NCBI GenBank assembly: GCA_044224875.1
Contig: JBGAJQ010000054.1
Span: 1 to 36,762 of the forward strand
Source: Gemmatimonadaceae bacterium
GTDB taxonomy: Bacteria; Gemmatimonadota; Gemmatimonadetes; Gemmatimonadales; Gemmatimonadaceae
Direction: 5' to 3'
DNA length: 36,762 nt
Both the position numbers and the translations under genes were made by a program. Shown here in pieces: positions 1 to 9,080 of this stretch. The notes beneath the pieces were generated by a model. The model had not been told where the DNA came from. It did no database searches and saw only the letters and a list, made by a program, of their open reading frames with translations. Numbering within the stretch: the first letter of the stretch is position 1; each line of letters opens with the position of its first letter.

Positions 1-586
1 CGTTGATTTTTTCTTCGCGGCGCATTACGCGACGCGCGGTGATCGCGAGACACACACGCATCGAACGCACGGCGCGCCACGATCGCCGAGCCAGAGTTAC
101 GAGCCACGCCGCCATCGCGGAATCGCCGATCACACCCGTCGCCCCGGAGCGACGCGCGCCTTCGAGCGAGCCGGGCGCCACCCATCAGCCTAACGAGTGC
201 GCTGCCGGTCGAGGCTCGGGTCCTGGGTACGCTGCTCGGTCGGCGACGAGGCGCCGGACCGGCGCCGTCGACCACCATCCCAACATGGGCAGGCTGCAAT
301 CCGCACATCGGGGTGATGCCTGGAGTCGCTGAGAGCGTCCCGGACGGTTGATTCAACAGCCACCAGTCGGTCGCGCCACGCACATCATGGGCGTCACTTT
401 GCCGCTGGGGCCGAACATGCATCTCGCTGCCGTTGACGGGGGAGACGACACCCAATCGCCTGGACCATTCAGCGTCGGGAACCGACGCGAAGCCCAACGA
501 AGCAGCGACCGCTCGTGAAATTTGGAGTGACTCGAATCGAGTAGAACTCAAGCAGTATCCTCGCGCAGGCGCGAAGGCGTTGGACG

Positions 587-616
587 AATATAGAAATGAG
601 ACTTTATGCGCGTCAA
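587..616 (-). promoter_or_regulatory. Putative sigma70 promoter pointing left
   Basis: Minus strand reads TTGACG-N18-TATATT (-35 at 616-611, -10 at 592-587) in an AT-rich patch of a GC-rich sequence. Confidence 0.6.
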
Positions 617-675
617 TAGCGGAGCGCAAAAAGTTTCGCACGTTGCGGCACCCACCCGCCGTCCCAACGGCCTGC

Positions 676-1476
676 CTAACGAGTCCCGCCCCCGCCCACC
701 AGCGCCCGCATCGGCGCCGAAATCGGCCGCCCCGCCACTCGCGACACCAGCCGCCGTACCGCCTCGCGATCCACCATCATCGTGTCGATACCAGCGCCCG
801 CTAACGCCACCATCGCGTCTGCCGCCATGCGTCCAACGCGTCGACGGTAGACATCCGGATAGAGCGTCAATGTGCCGTCCCGCACCTCGGCCACGCGGTA
901 GACCACATCCACCGGAATTCTCACGGGTAGCGGCACGCGGCGCGTTTCCCATCGCTGGACCGTCAACGTGTCCAATGACGCGGAGTCCAGAGGAAGGCCG
1001 GCCAATCGCTGGACCAGCGTCGCCAGCTCGATCGCATCGGCGTTCCTCATTCGGAGACACCCATGCGACGCCGGACGTCCCACGCTGGTTGGAAACGGCG
1101 TTCCATGCGCAAAGAACATGTCGCCCAACTGGAGCTTCACACGCCCCATGGGATTCGTCGGACCCGGGGGCGTCACCGTATCCTGGGCCGCCCATTCGCT
1201 CTCCGGTGGAATCCACCATGGGTTCCATACGACCTCGGTCAGCTCGTACGCACCAGTCGGCGTCTTGTACTTCCGCATCCCGATCGCAACAGCAAAGGTG
1301 CGCGAAGGCTCACCAGGCGCGTTCACCTCGAGACGATATGCCGGAAGGTTGATCTCGACGGAAACCATCGACTGCGTTTGCGCGCCTGCACGGTCCACGG
1401 ATCCATTCGCCACCAAAAAGCTGAACGCGGCCCCCAGCTTTGTGCGTCGCAAGACCTGCCACCACCGCCGTTGCAT
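676..1476 (-). CDS. L,D-transpeptidase (YkuD/ErfK family), exported
   Basis: INLPAYRL, VAIG..TPTG, NPWWIPP, PPGPTNPMG, HGT...ASHGCLRM catalytic motif; N-terminal signal peptide; ATG at 1476 preceded by GAGGTG. Confidence 0.92.
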   Translation of the reverse strand: MQRRWWQVLRRTKLGAAFSFLVANGSVDRAGAQTQSMVSVEINLPAYRLEVNAPGEPSRTFAVAIGMRKYKTPTGAYELTEVVWNPWWIPPESEWAAQDTVTPPGPTNPMGRVKLQLGDMFFAHGTPFPTSVGRPASHGCLRMRNADAIELATLVQRLAGLPLDSASLDTLTVQRWETRRVPLPVRIPVDVVYRVAEVRDGTLTLYPDVYRRRVGRMAADAMVALAGAGIDTMMVDREAVRRLVSRVAGRPISAPMRALVGGGGTR

Positions 1477-1484
1477 GGTGGTGT

Positions 1485-1904
1485 TCACACCTCGAACTGC
1501 AGCTCGGCATGCCATCGTCCATCCTTCGCTTCAACGCGGATCCGCTCCGCGGAGATGCCCTGTAACGGCGACGACCACGACGTGGATGGTTCGCAGCGAA
1601 TCCAGCCTTCCAACGTCGAACGTCCGTCGCGAGCAACCGCGACGTGGAGATCACGATGCTGGGCGTAGATCTGCGACTCGGTGCGCGCCTTCTCGACCAC
1701 GGTGTCGATCCAGCCAGCCATCAGTTGCTCCGGACCTGCGGCTGTCAGCGACACGAACTCCCACTCACCAGGAACGCCTGTCGCACAGGGATTCGTTTCT
1801 CCGACGAACTTTGCGATCGCACCAAAGAGTTCGGGGAGGGAGTCTCCTTCCATCGAGACTCGCCACACGGAGCCGTGCTCCTCCGTTTCGATGATCGATG
1901 CCAT
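1485..1904 (-). CDS. Archease-like (SHS2 fold) protein, degenerate motifs
   Basis: 139 aa; EH near N-terminus, G.SL.ELF, E.L...W, C-terminal W.AEL.FEV match the archease layout; CAGGAG RBS before ATG 1904. Confidence 0.65.
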   Translation of the reverse strand: MASIIETEEHGSVWRVSMEGDSLPELFGAIAKFVGETNPCATGVPGEWEFVSLTAAGPEQLMAGWIDTVVEKARTESQIYAQHRDLHVAVARDGRSTLEGWIRCEPSTSWSSPLQGISAERIRVEAKDGRWHAELQFEV

Positions 1905-1952
1905 GGTCGCTCCTGACAAAGCCAGCAAGACAATGTTGATGCAGCCGAACGC

Positions 1953-2243
1953 GTGTTGCAGTCAGGAGGAAGCATCGAGACGGTCGGGGGCGCACCGACG
2001 GAGGCCCTCGCGGTCCATGTGGCTCCGTCGCCCAGCATGCTTATCGCCGACGCGCCCTCCGCCTCGCGGATGTTCTGGACGCAGCCTGGCACCACCAACG
2101 TTCAAGGGTACCTGGTGCCGACGAACACGGTGCTCGGCACGCTGACCTACGGGACAGGCGACAATCGCCGAGCGGCCTTCCACAAACAAACGAGAACGTT
2201 GGTGGTCGCAGACATCTTCGGATCGGTGGCGTTCATCAACTAG
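1953..2243 (+). pseudogene. Probable C-terminal remnant of a beta-propeller (YncE/YVTN-like) protein
   Basis: Beta-strand-rich text (TNTVLGTL, AAF...RTLVVAD..GSVAFIN-stop) looks like final propeller blades; weak TTG start, no signal peptide. Confidence 0.35.
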
Positions 2244-2414
2244 CAGCACCTTCCGCGTGTTGTAGCCGACGACTGAGGGTCTCGAGGCCTGTGGGCTGGC
2301 GGCTCGAGAGCACCGGTCGGAGCGGTAATCGGTGCTGGACACCCCCCTTCCCCGCCGCAATCTTCTCTCTATGGAAGGGGCGAGGACTCTGTACCGACAC
2401 CACCGATCCGGCGC

Positions 2415-5400
2415 ATGCCGACCCTAACTATCGACGGCATCGAGGTTTCCGCACCCAGCGGCTCGACCATTCTCGACGCCGCCCGCTCGATCTCGATCGA
2501 CGTCCCTACGCTCTGCTGGTATCCCAAGCTCCCGACGGTTGGGAACTGCCGGATCTGCCTCGTTTCGGTCGAAGGTAACCCGAAGCTGGTGCCCTCCTGC
2601 GCGACGCCTGCCGCCGACGGCATGCGGGTCACCACCGAGTCGGTAGCCGCCGTAAAGAACCGGCAGGGCGTACTGCAGCTGCTCCTCGAGCGGTACCCGG
2701 TCGAGCAGATCCCCGAGGGTGGATACCGAAACGAGTTCGAGCAACTCGTCCGCCGCTACGACGTCCCGACGCGGAAGAGCCGGGAGCTCCCGCTGCGCCA
2801 CGGCGACCAGCGCGACGACGATCCGATCATCCGCCACGACATGTCGACGTGTATCCTGTGCACGCGGTGCGTGCGGGCGTGCGAGGACATCCAGGTCGTC
2901 GGGGTGCTGGACGTCGCGAACCGCGGCGGTCACACGGAGATCATCGTTGGTGCTGACGGTAACCCGGAGCATGCCGGCTGCACCTGGTGCGGAGAATGTG
3001 TGCGCGTCTGCCCGACCGGGGCCATTCACGACATCCTGCCGATGGCCGTGCGCGCCTCCAGCGGTGAGCGTGTACAGCACATGCGCTCCAAGGACATGCC
3101 CGCCCCGGATCGCACCGTGCGGTCGGTCTGTCCGTACTGCGGCGTCGGTTGCCAGATCGACCTACAGGTGCGCGACAACGCGGTGGTTCACGTGAAGAGC
3201 CCTTGGATCGAGGCGAATACGCCGAACCAAGGCTCCACCTGCGTGAAGGGACGCTTCGGCACCGACTTCATTCAGCATCGCGACCGGTTGACCAATCCGC
3301 TGATCCGGCAGGGTTGGAAGAAGGTCGATGGGCGATGGAGCTATGTCCCAGAGCCTAATGGGGACAGCACGTGGGGCCGTCGAGGTGGACCGTGGGATCT
3401 AGTCGAAGACGAAGGGAAGACCACGAAACGCCCCGCAAAGACGAATCCCTTCCGTCGCTTCCCGTCGGGCCGAGACACGCTTGGCGATCCGCGAGACCGA
3501 GTCGCTACCCCCGCCGCCTGGTACGAGCCGTTCCGCGAGGCAACATGGGACGAGGCATTGGAGCTGACGGCGCAGCAGCTCGTCAACTTGCGTGACACCT
3601 ACGGCCCCAAGTCGCTGGCCGTATTCCAGTCGGCAAAGTGCTCCAACGAGGAAAACTACCTGCTGCAGCGAATGTTCCGAGGCGGACTGGGCACCAACAA
3701 CGTCGACCACTGCACGCGCTTGTGCCACTCGTCATCCGTCGCCGCCATGCAACGGGCCATGAACACCAGCGCGGCCTCCGGGTCGATGCGCGAAGTGGAA
3801 AGCGAGTCGGATGTCATCTTCATCCTTGGCGCGAACACGACGGAATCTCACCCGGTGTTTGGCGCCGCGATCAAACGGGCCGTCAAGCGCGGAGCCACCC
3901 TCATCGTCTGCGATCCGCGACGGATTGAACTGGCGACGAAGGCACAGATCCACCTTCAGGCACTCCCTGGTACTGACGTCGCGGTGATGAATGGGATGCT
4001 GCATCATATCCTCGCGTCGCGACTGGAGAACACAGCATTCATCGCCGCTCGCACGCACGACTTCGAGAAAGTCCGCGAGGCGGTAAGGCCGTACACGCTG
4101 GAACGCGCAGAACAGATCTCAGGCGTGCCGGCGGACCTCATCAGACGTGCCGCCGAGTTGTACGCGCGCGGCCCGCGGTCCGCCACGTTGTGGGCCATGG
4201 GGCTCACGCAGCACAGCACCGGAACGGACATCGTAGCATCCCTGCTGAACCTGATCCTTGCCACCGGTTCGATTGGTCGATGGGGCGCGGCGATGATTCC
4301 CATTCGCGGCCAGAACAATGTGCAGGGCGCGAGCGACGTGGGCGCGATTCCGATGTTCTACACGGACTATCAGTCCGTGACCAAGCCGGACGTGCGTCAC
4401 CTCTTTGCATCCACGTGGGGCGTGAGTGACGAACGAATACCGCTTGAAGCCGGACTCAAGGTCACACAGGTCGTCGCCGAGGGATCGCCCGTGCACGGCA
4501 TGTATATCATGGGTGAGAATCCGATCCTCTCTGACCCCGAGGTCTCCCACGCCGAGCATTGGTTCAGGGGGCTCGAGTTCCTTGCCGTTCAGGACCTGTT
4601 CTTGACGGAGACAGCGCGCTACGCCGACGTCGTCCTGCCCGGAGCCTCGTTCGCTGAGAAGACTGGCACGTTCGTGAACACCGAGCGGCGCATCCAGTTG
4701 TCGCACCAAGCGGTGGAACCGCCGGGCAACGCACGTGGAGATCTCGAGATCGTCATTGAGCTGTCGAATCGCATCGGCCTCCCGACCCCGTTCAAGGATG
4801 CGGCTGAGGTTATGGACGAGATTGCCCGCGTGACACCCAGTTGGCGCGGCGTCTCGCATGCACGCCTCGCGGAAAGTGGGGGCCTTCAGTACCCCGTGGT
4901 GGACACTCGGCACGGCGGCACCGACTTCCTTTTCGACGAGCGTTTCCCCACCGAAGACGGCAAGGCGAAGTTCGTGCCTGTCGAATTCCTTCCGCCGGCC
5001 GAACTGCCTGACGAGGAATTCCCCTTCCTGTTGAACACCGGGCGCCAGATGTATCACTGGCACACTGGAACGATGACGCGGCGGTCGTTTGCGCTGGATG
5101 CGCGAGAGTCGACGCCAACTGTAGAGTTGCATCCGGACGATGCGTCGCAGTTAGGCGTAACCGACGGCGATGACGTACTCGTCGCATCGAGGCGCGGCGA
5201 GATTCGCATTGGCGTGCGCGTATCACCCCGTGTGGCCCGCAAGCAGGTTTTCGTGCCGATGCACTATCGAGAGGCGGCCGCCAACTTGCTTACGCACGCA
5301 GCCTTGGATCCCTACGCGCACATTCCCGAGTTCAAGGTGTGTGCGGTGCGTGTACAACCCGTCCCCGCGGGGTCGAGTCGTCGCAACGCCGAGGCATCGG

Positions 5401-5429
5401 CTCGAACAGCCGCGTTGCAAGGCGACTGA
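2415..5429 (+). CDS. fdhF: Formate dehydrogenase alpha subunit (FdhF-like; 2Fe-2S, 4Fe-4S and Mo/W-bis-PGD), Cys-type
   Basis: PTLC..CRIC..C (2Fe-2S), CILCTRCVRAC, CTWCGECVRVCP, CPYCGVGC..C, CTRLCH active site, RGQNNVQG, C-terminal molydop-binding domain ending PEFKVCAV. Confidence 0.92.
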   Translation: MPTLTIDGIEVSAPSGSTILDAARSISIDVPTLCWYPKLPTVGNCRICLVSVEGNPKLVPSCATPAADGMRVTTESVAAVKNRQGVLQLLLERYPVEQIPEGGYRNEFEQLVRRYDVPTRKSRELPLRHGDQRDDDPIIRHDMSTCILCTRCVRACEDIQVVGVLDVANRGGHTEIIVGADGNPEHAGCTWCGECVRVCPTGAIHDILPMAVRASSGERVQHMRSKDMPAPDRTVRSVCPYCGVGCQIDLQVRDNAVVHVKSPWIEANTPNQGSTCVKGRFGTDFIQHRDRLTNPLIRQGWKKVDGRWSYVPEPNGDSTWGRRGGPWDLVEDEGKTTKRPAKTNPFRRFPSGRDTLGDPRDRVATPAAWYEPFREATWDEALELTAQQLVNLRDTYGPKSLAVFQSAKCSNEENYLLQRMFRGGLGTNNVDHCTRLCHSSSVAAMQRAMNTSAASGSMREVESESDVIFILGANTTESHPVFGAAIKRAVKRGATLIVCDPRRIELATKAQIHLQALPGTDVAVMNGMLHHILASRLENTAFIAARTHDFEKVREAVRPYTLERAEQISGVPADLIRRAAELYARGPRSATLWAMGLTQHSTGTDIVASLLNLILATGSIGRWGAAMIPIRGQNNVQGASDVGAIPMFYTDYQSVTKPDVRHLFASTWGVSDERIPLEAGLKVTQVVAEGSPVHGMYIMGENPILSDPEVSHAEHWFRGLEFLAVQDLFLTETARYADVVLPGASFAEKTGTFVNTERRIQLSHQAVEPPGNARGDLEIVIELSNRIGLPTPFKDAAEVMDEIARVTPSWRGVSHARLAESGGLQYPVVDTRHGGTDFLFDERFPTEDGKAKFVPVEFLPPAELPDEEFPFLLNTGRQMYHWHTGTMTRRSFALDARESTPTVELHPDDASQLGVTDGDDVLVASRRGEIRIGVRVSPRVARKQVFVPMHYREAAANLLTHAALDPYAHIPEFKVCAVRVQPVPAGSSRRNAEASARTAALQGD

Positions 5430-5459
5430 TACGAACCGATCCTCTGGTCGGCGCTAACC

Positions 5460-5828
5460 TTAGCTGAGCGCCGAGATCTCCGCGCACGCCGCGGCGCGAG
5501 TGGCGTGGTCACCGCGAGCACACGCAAGCTCGAGTGTGAAACGAGCGGCGCCCTCGTTGACGAGCGTCGCCGTCTCGCGCGCCTGACCGATGCGCGCCAC
5601 GAGGGCCGCACCCGCCTGCCCAATGAGGGCGAAAGCGACGCGTGCATGTTCGTGCGTCAGCTCCTGCTCACGATGTGCGGTGGCGTCAGCCTGAGGTGCA
5701 AGCTGCAACCACTGGTCAAAGTGCGTCCACGCTGCACTATGCGGCGCGCGCACGAAAGTGCGGACAGCCGGCGCGGTGACTCCTCCACGCCGGAGGCGAG
5801 TCGCGAAGTGCCTGACAAAACGGATCAT
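5460..5828 (-). CDS. Hypothetical protein (~122 aa, Ala-rich helical)
   Basis: ATG at 5828 preceded by AGGAGG; stop converges with fdhF; no recognisable motif. Confidence 0.45.
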   Translation of the reverse strand: MIRFVRHFATRLRRGGVTAPAVRTFVRAPHSAAWTHFDQWLQLAPQADATAHREQELTHEHARVAFALIGQAGAALVARIGQARETATLVNEGAARFTLELACARGDHATRAAACAEISALS

Positions 5829-5918
5829 GTGCTCGCCCTCCTGGGGCATGAGGTGAAGGTGGTAGTGCTTGGCAGCCGATCGCTGCCAAGGAATGCTCGA
5901 GATGGGCATCGAATGTCG

Positions 5919-5953
5919 AACGCCCCGCCAGCGCGGTGCGCGGGCGGGGCGTT
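5919..5953. terminator. Strong GC hairpin, possible terminator for the minus-strand small ORF
   Basis: AACGCCCCGCC (5919-5929) / GGCGGGGCGTT (5943-5953) perfect 11 bp inverted repeat; weak U tail. Confidence 0.45.
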
Positions 5954-5984
5954 GAAGCTCCCTGAATGACTGCGGCGCGGATCG

Positions 5985-6137
5985 TCAGTCCGTGCCAGCG
6001 TCACTACCCGCGCAAATGAGAACGAGGCCTTCGTCCATCGGACTCGTCTGGAGTGCGCTATACGTCCGCATCCGAACGACGACTCCCGGACCGCAGTCCG
6101 TGAGACGAGGGTTCCAGAAAGCGATCGCTTGACGCAT
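5985..6137 (-). CDS. Putative 50 aa small protein (MRQAIAFWNPRLTDCGPGVVV...)
   Basis: ATG at 6137 after a pyrimidine-rich tract; followed by a hairpin; lies in otherwise non-coding space divergent from the SDR gene. Confidence 0.3.
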   Translation of the reverse strand: MRQAIAFWNPRLTDCGPGVVVRMRTYSALQTSPMDEGLVLICAGSDAGTD

Positions 6138-6386
6138 CGACGGACGGGGAATGAAGGGTAAGAGAGAGGCGTGTACGGTCGGAGACCCCGGACGTCGCGA
6201 CTCGGTCACAGTCAGCCGCGACCTTGCGCCGCCTGCCCTGTTCGCGCGAGCAGGTTGACCGAGGTCAAAGATAACCTGATGAACCAACACACGCACACCC
6301 TCACGGCCCGGGGAGTTGCCGTAACACCGGACTCGCCGCACCTTCCCGCGTGATCGTCTGACCTGAACCTCTGATGTGACACTACG

Positions 6387-7178
6387 ATGGACCTCGGACT
6401 CGCCAACAGGATCGCACTCGTCACCGGTTCGTCTTCTGGACTTGGCCTCGCGATTTCTCGCGAACTGAGTCAGGAAGGCGCGACGGTCGCCATGGTCGCA
6501 CGACGCGAAGACCTGCTGAAGCAGGTTGCAGCGGACCTTACAGCGGCAACGCGACGCCGGGTTCTCCCGATTGCCGGAGACTTGTCCAAGGCCGGCGAAG
6601 CCGCGCGCGTCGTCGACATCGCGCAACGGGAACTCGGCCCGATCGACATCCTGGTCGCCAATGCCGGAGGGCCGCCGTCCACGATGTTCGAATCCACCAC
6701 CGATGAACAGTACCTTCAGGCGATCAACCTGAACCTCATGAGCTCGATTCGCCTGGCGCACGCCTGCGTCCCCGGGATGCGCGCGCGCAAATGGGGGCGC
6801 GTGCTCTTCCTCACGTCCATGGCGGCCAAACAGCCCGTGCCGGGGCTGTTGCTCTCCAACACGGCTCGCGCCGGGCTGCTAGGGTTTGCCAAGACGCTGG
6901 CCAACGAAGTGGCACGCGACGGCGTGCTGGTGAACACCGTCATGCCGGGGCATTTCGACACCGCGCGGGCGATGGAGCTGGCGAAGATGCGCGCCGAGCG
7001 CGAGAGTCGCCCGGTCGATGCGATCTTGCAGGCGCGCTCGGCAGGAATCCCGTTAGGCAGGTCGGGCGACCCGAGGGAGTTTGCGGCCGTGGTGGCATTC
7101 CTGGCCAGCGAGCGCGCGTCGTTCGTGACGGGCACCGCGTTGCAGGTGGATGGCGGCCAGATCCAGACCATCGTCTGA
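6387..7178 (+). CDS. SDR family oxidoreductase (3-oxoacyl-ACP reductase-like, atypical subgroup)
   Basis: TGSSSGLG Rossmann motif, NAGGP, SNTAR in place of YxxxK, C-terminal FVTG..VDGG. Confidence 0.92.
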   Translation: MDLGLANRIALVTGSSSGLGLAISRELSQEGATVAMVARREDLLKQVAADLTAATRRRVLPIAGDLSKAGEAARVVDIAQRELGPIDILVANAGGPPSTMFESTTDEQYLQAINLNLMSSIRLAHACVPGMRARKWGRVLFLTSMAAKQPVPGLLLSNTARAGLLGFAKTLANEVARDGVLVNTVMPGHFDTARAMELAKMRAERESRPVDAILQARSAGIPLGRSGDPREFAAVVAFLASERASFVTGTALQVDGGQIQTIV

Positions 7179-7184
7179 TCGCAC

Positions 7185-7913
7185 ATGGACGTCGCGTATT
7201 GGGACGCCATGGCCGGCGCCTTCGACGAGGAGATCTTCAACTCGCTGCAGGAAGACGCCCGTGGTACGATTCGCCGGTCGATCGCCGGAGTGTCCGGACC
7301 GCGGAAACGCGTGATGGACATGGGGTGTGGGGTGGGCCGTTACCTCCCGTTGCTGTCGCGGCTGTTCGGCGAGGTGCACGCGTCCGACTGGTCGCCCCAG
7401 TGTGTGCGTCAGGCAACTCGCCTGGCTGAATCACTGCCTAACGTCACGGTCGATCTTCCCGCCGCGTACCGGGGACGCACCTGGAGTGGTGTCTTTGATG
7501 TCGTCACGGCGATCAACGTGCTGTTCGACCCGAATGCCGGGCGTCGCACCGCACTGCTCAAGGACATTCGCCGACTGCTCAAACCGAGGGGCCGCGCGGT
7601 GCTCGTCGTCCCGTCGCTGGAGGCGATCGCATATGCGGACGCCGTGCGCCGCGTCCACGCCCCACGAAAAAAGTCGCTCTACACCTTCGGCGTTCGCGAC
7701 TCGCGAACAGATCCCGGTGTCCTGCATATACAGGATGTGCCGTACAAGCATTTCGTCGGTGAGGAGCTGGTGCATGCGCTGCGCACCTCCGGATTTGTCC
7801 CCGGTGCATTGGAGCGTGTGGAGTATCGATGGAGCACCGAGGCGGCGGCACCACCCACACAGTATGACTTGGCTCCGCCGTGGGACTGGATCATCGTGGC
7901 CCGTCGTAATTGA
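7185..7913 (+). CDS. Class I SAM-dependent methyltransferase
   Basis: VMDMGCGVG motif I, FDVV, LLKPRG. Confidence 0.85.
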   Translation: MDVAYWDAMAGAFDEEIFNSLQEDARGTIRRSIAGVSGPRKRVMDMGCGVGRYLPLLSRLFGEVHASDWSPQCVRQATRLAESLPNVTVDLPAAYRGRTWSGVFDVVTAINVLFDPNAGRRTALLKDIRRLLKPRGRAVLVVPSLEAIAYADAVRRVHAPRKKSLYTFGVRDSRTDPGVLHIQDVPYKHFVGEELVHALRTSGFVPGALERVEYRWSTEAAAPPTQYDLAPPWDWIIVARRN

Positions 7914-7959
7914 CCGCCGAGCCCTTCCCCGTGAATGCGACATGTCGCACCTTGTTCTC

Positions 7960-7992
7960 GCGCGCTCGTGAAGCTTCGAGCGCGCCTTTTTT
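7960..7992 (+). terminator. Rho-independent terminator after the SDR-methyltransferase pair
   Basis: GCGCGCTCG / CGAGCGCGC 9 bp stem followed by CTTTTTT. Confidence 0.65.
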
Positions 7993-8037
7993 CGCGCGGG
8001 ACCAGCGCGATTCCTCCTATTGAAACTGAGTGAGCCG

Positions 8038-9066
8038 ATGAAGGCTTTGGTGAAGGAGCGCGCGGCACCAGGGTTCGTCATGCGTGACGTGCCAGTGCCG
8101 ACCATGCGAGACAACGAGGTGCTGATTCGCGTGAAGGCCGCCGGCGTGTGCGGCACGGACGTTCATATCTACACGTGGGACGACTGGGCGGCCGGACGAT
8201 GCAAGCCCTCCTTCACGGTCGGTCACGAGTTTGCGGGAGTCGTCGAGAAAGTCGGTTCGTTGGTCCAGGACGTGAAGGTCGGTGATCGCGTGACTGCCGA
8301 AGGGCACATCGTGTGTGGTCGGTGTCACCTGTGCCGCACCGGCAACTCGCATGTCTGCCCGAACACGAAGATCATCGGCGTGGACCGAGATGGCTGCTTC
8401 GCCGAGTACATCGCGATGCCGGCCACGAACGTGTGGCACCTGGACGACGCCATCCCCTTCGAGATTGGCGGCATCCACGACCCCATGGGGAATGCATTCC
8501 ACACCGCACTGCATGGGACGGAGATCCCCGGAGCCACGGTGCTGGTCACGGGGTGCGGGCCGATCGGGATCTTTGCGGTCGGCATTTGTGTTGCAGCTGG
8601 AGCATCGCGTGTGATCGCCAGCGATGTCAACCCCACGCGATTGGCGCTGGCCCGGCAGATGGGTGCGCATGACACGGTGCATCCGTCGGAGCTGTCGGCG
8701 GCTGTGGATCGGGCGACCGACGGACTCGGCGTGGATGTCGTCCTGGAAATGAGCGGCGTACCGGCCGCTATCCATCAGGCGTTCGCCGAGGTGCGGGACG
8801 GTGGCCGAGTGCAGATGCTCGGCATCCCTTCCAAGCCAATGGAGATTGACTTGGCCACCGAAGTGATCTTCAACGGGATCACGATCTACGGCGTGGTTGG
8901 TCGTCGGATGTATGACACCTGGATCCAGATGTCGCAGTTCCTGCGGTCGGGCAAGTTCGATCCGACGCCCGTGATCACCCACCGTTTTCCGCTCGATCAG
9001 TTCGAAGAGGCGATGGGGGTGATCCGGTCGGGTGAGGCGGGCAAGGTCGTCTTTGTGATCTCATAA
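8038..9066 (+). CDS. tdh: L-threonine 3-dehydrogenase
   Basis: MKALVK, CGTDVHIY.WD.WA, GHEFAG, CGRCHLC..C, DPMGNA.HT, GCGPIG; directly upstream of kbl. Confidence 0.95.
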   Translation: MKALVKERAAPGFVMRDVPVPTMRDNEVLIRVKAAGVCGTDVHIYTWDDWAAGRCKPSFTVGHEFAGVVEKVGSLVQDVKVGDRVTAEGHIVCGRCHLCRTGNSHVCPNTKIIGVDRDGCFAEYIAMPATNVWHLDDAIPFEIGGIHDPMGNAFHTALHGTEIPGATVLVTGCGPIGIFAVGICVAAGASRVIASDVNPTRLALARQMGAHDTVHPSELSAAVDRATDGLGVDVVLEMSGVPAAIHQAFAEVRDGGRVQMLGIPSKPMEIDLATEVIFNGITIYGVVGRRMYDTWIQMSQFLRSGKFDPTPVITHRFPLDQFEEAMGVIRSGEAGKVVFVIS

Positions 9067-9080
9067 AGGAGTCGTTGACC

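Noticed and set aside
2244..2414. Moco/Wco riboswitch upstream of fdhF, or Sec recoding within it
   Set aside because: Only a simple CCCCTTCC/GGAAGGGG hairpin is visible, with no recognisable motif; the active-site codon is TGC (Cys)
5505..5969. Plus-strand 154 aa ORF
   Set aside because: It is antisense to the minus-strand ORF with the better RBS and runs through a strong hairpin
6850..6875. SDR lacking YxxxK as a pseudo-enzyme novelty
   Set aside because: The SNxxR variant is typical of a known, common SDR subgroup
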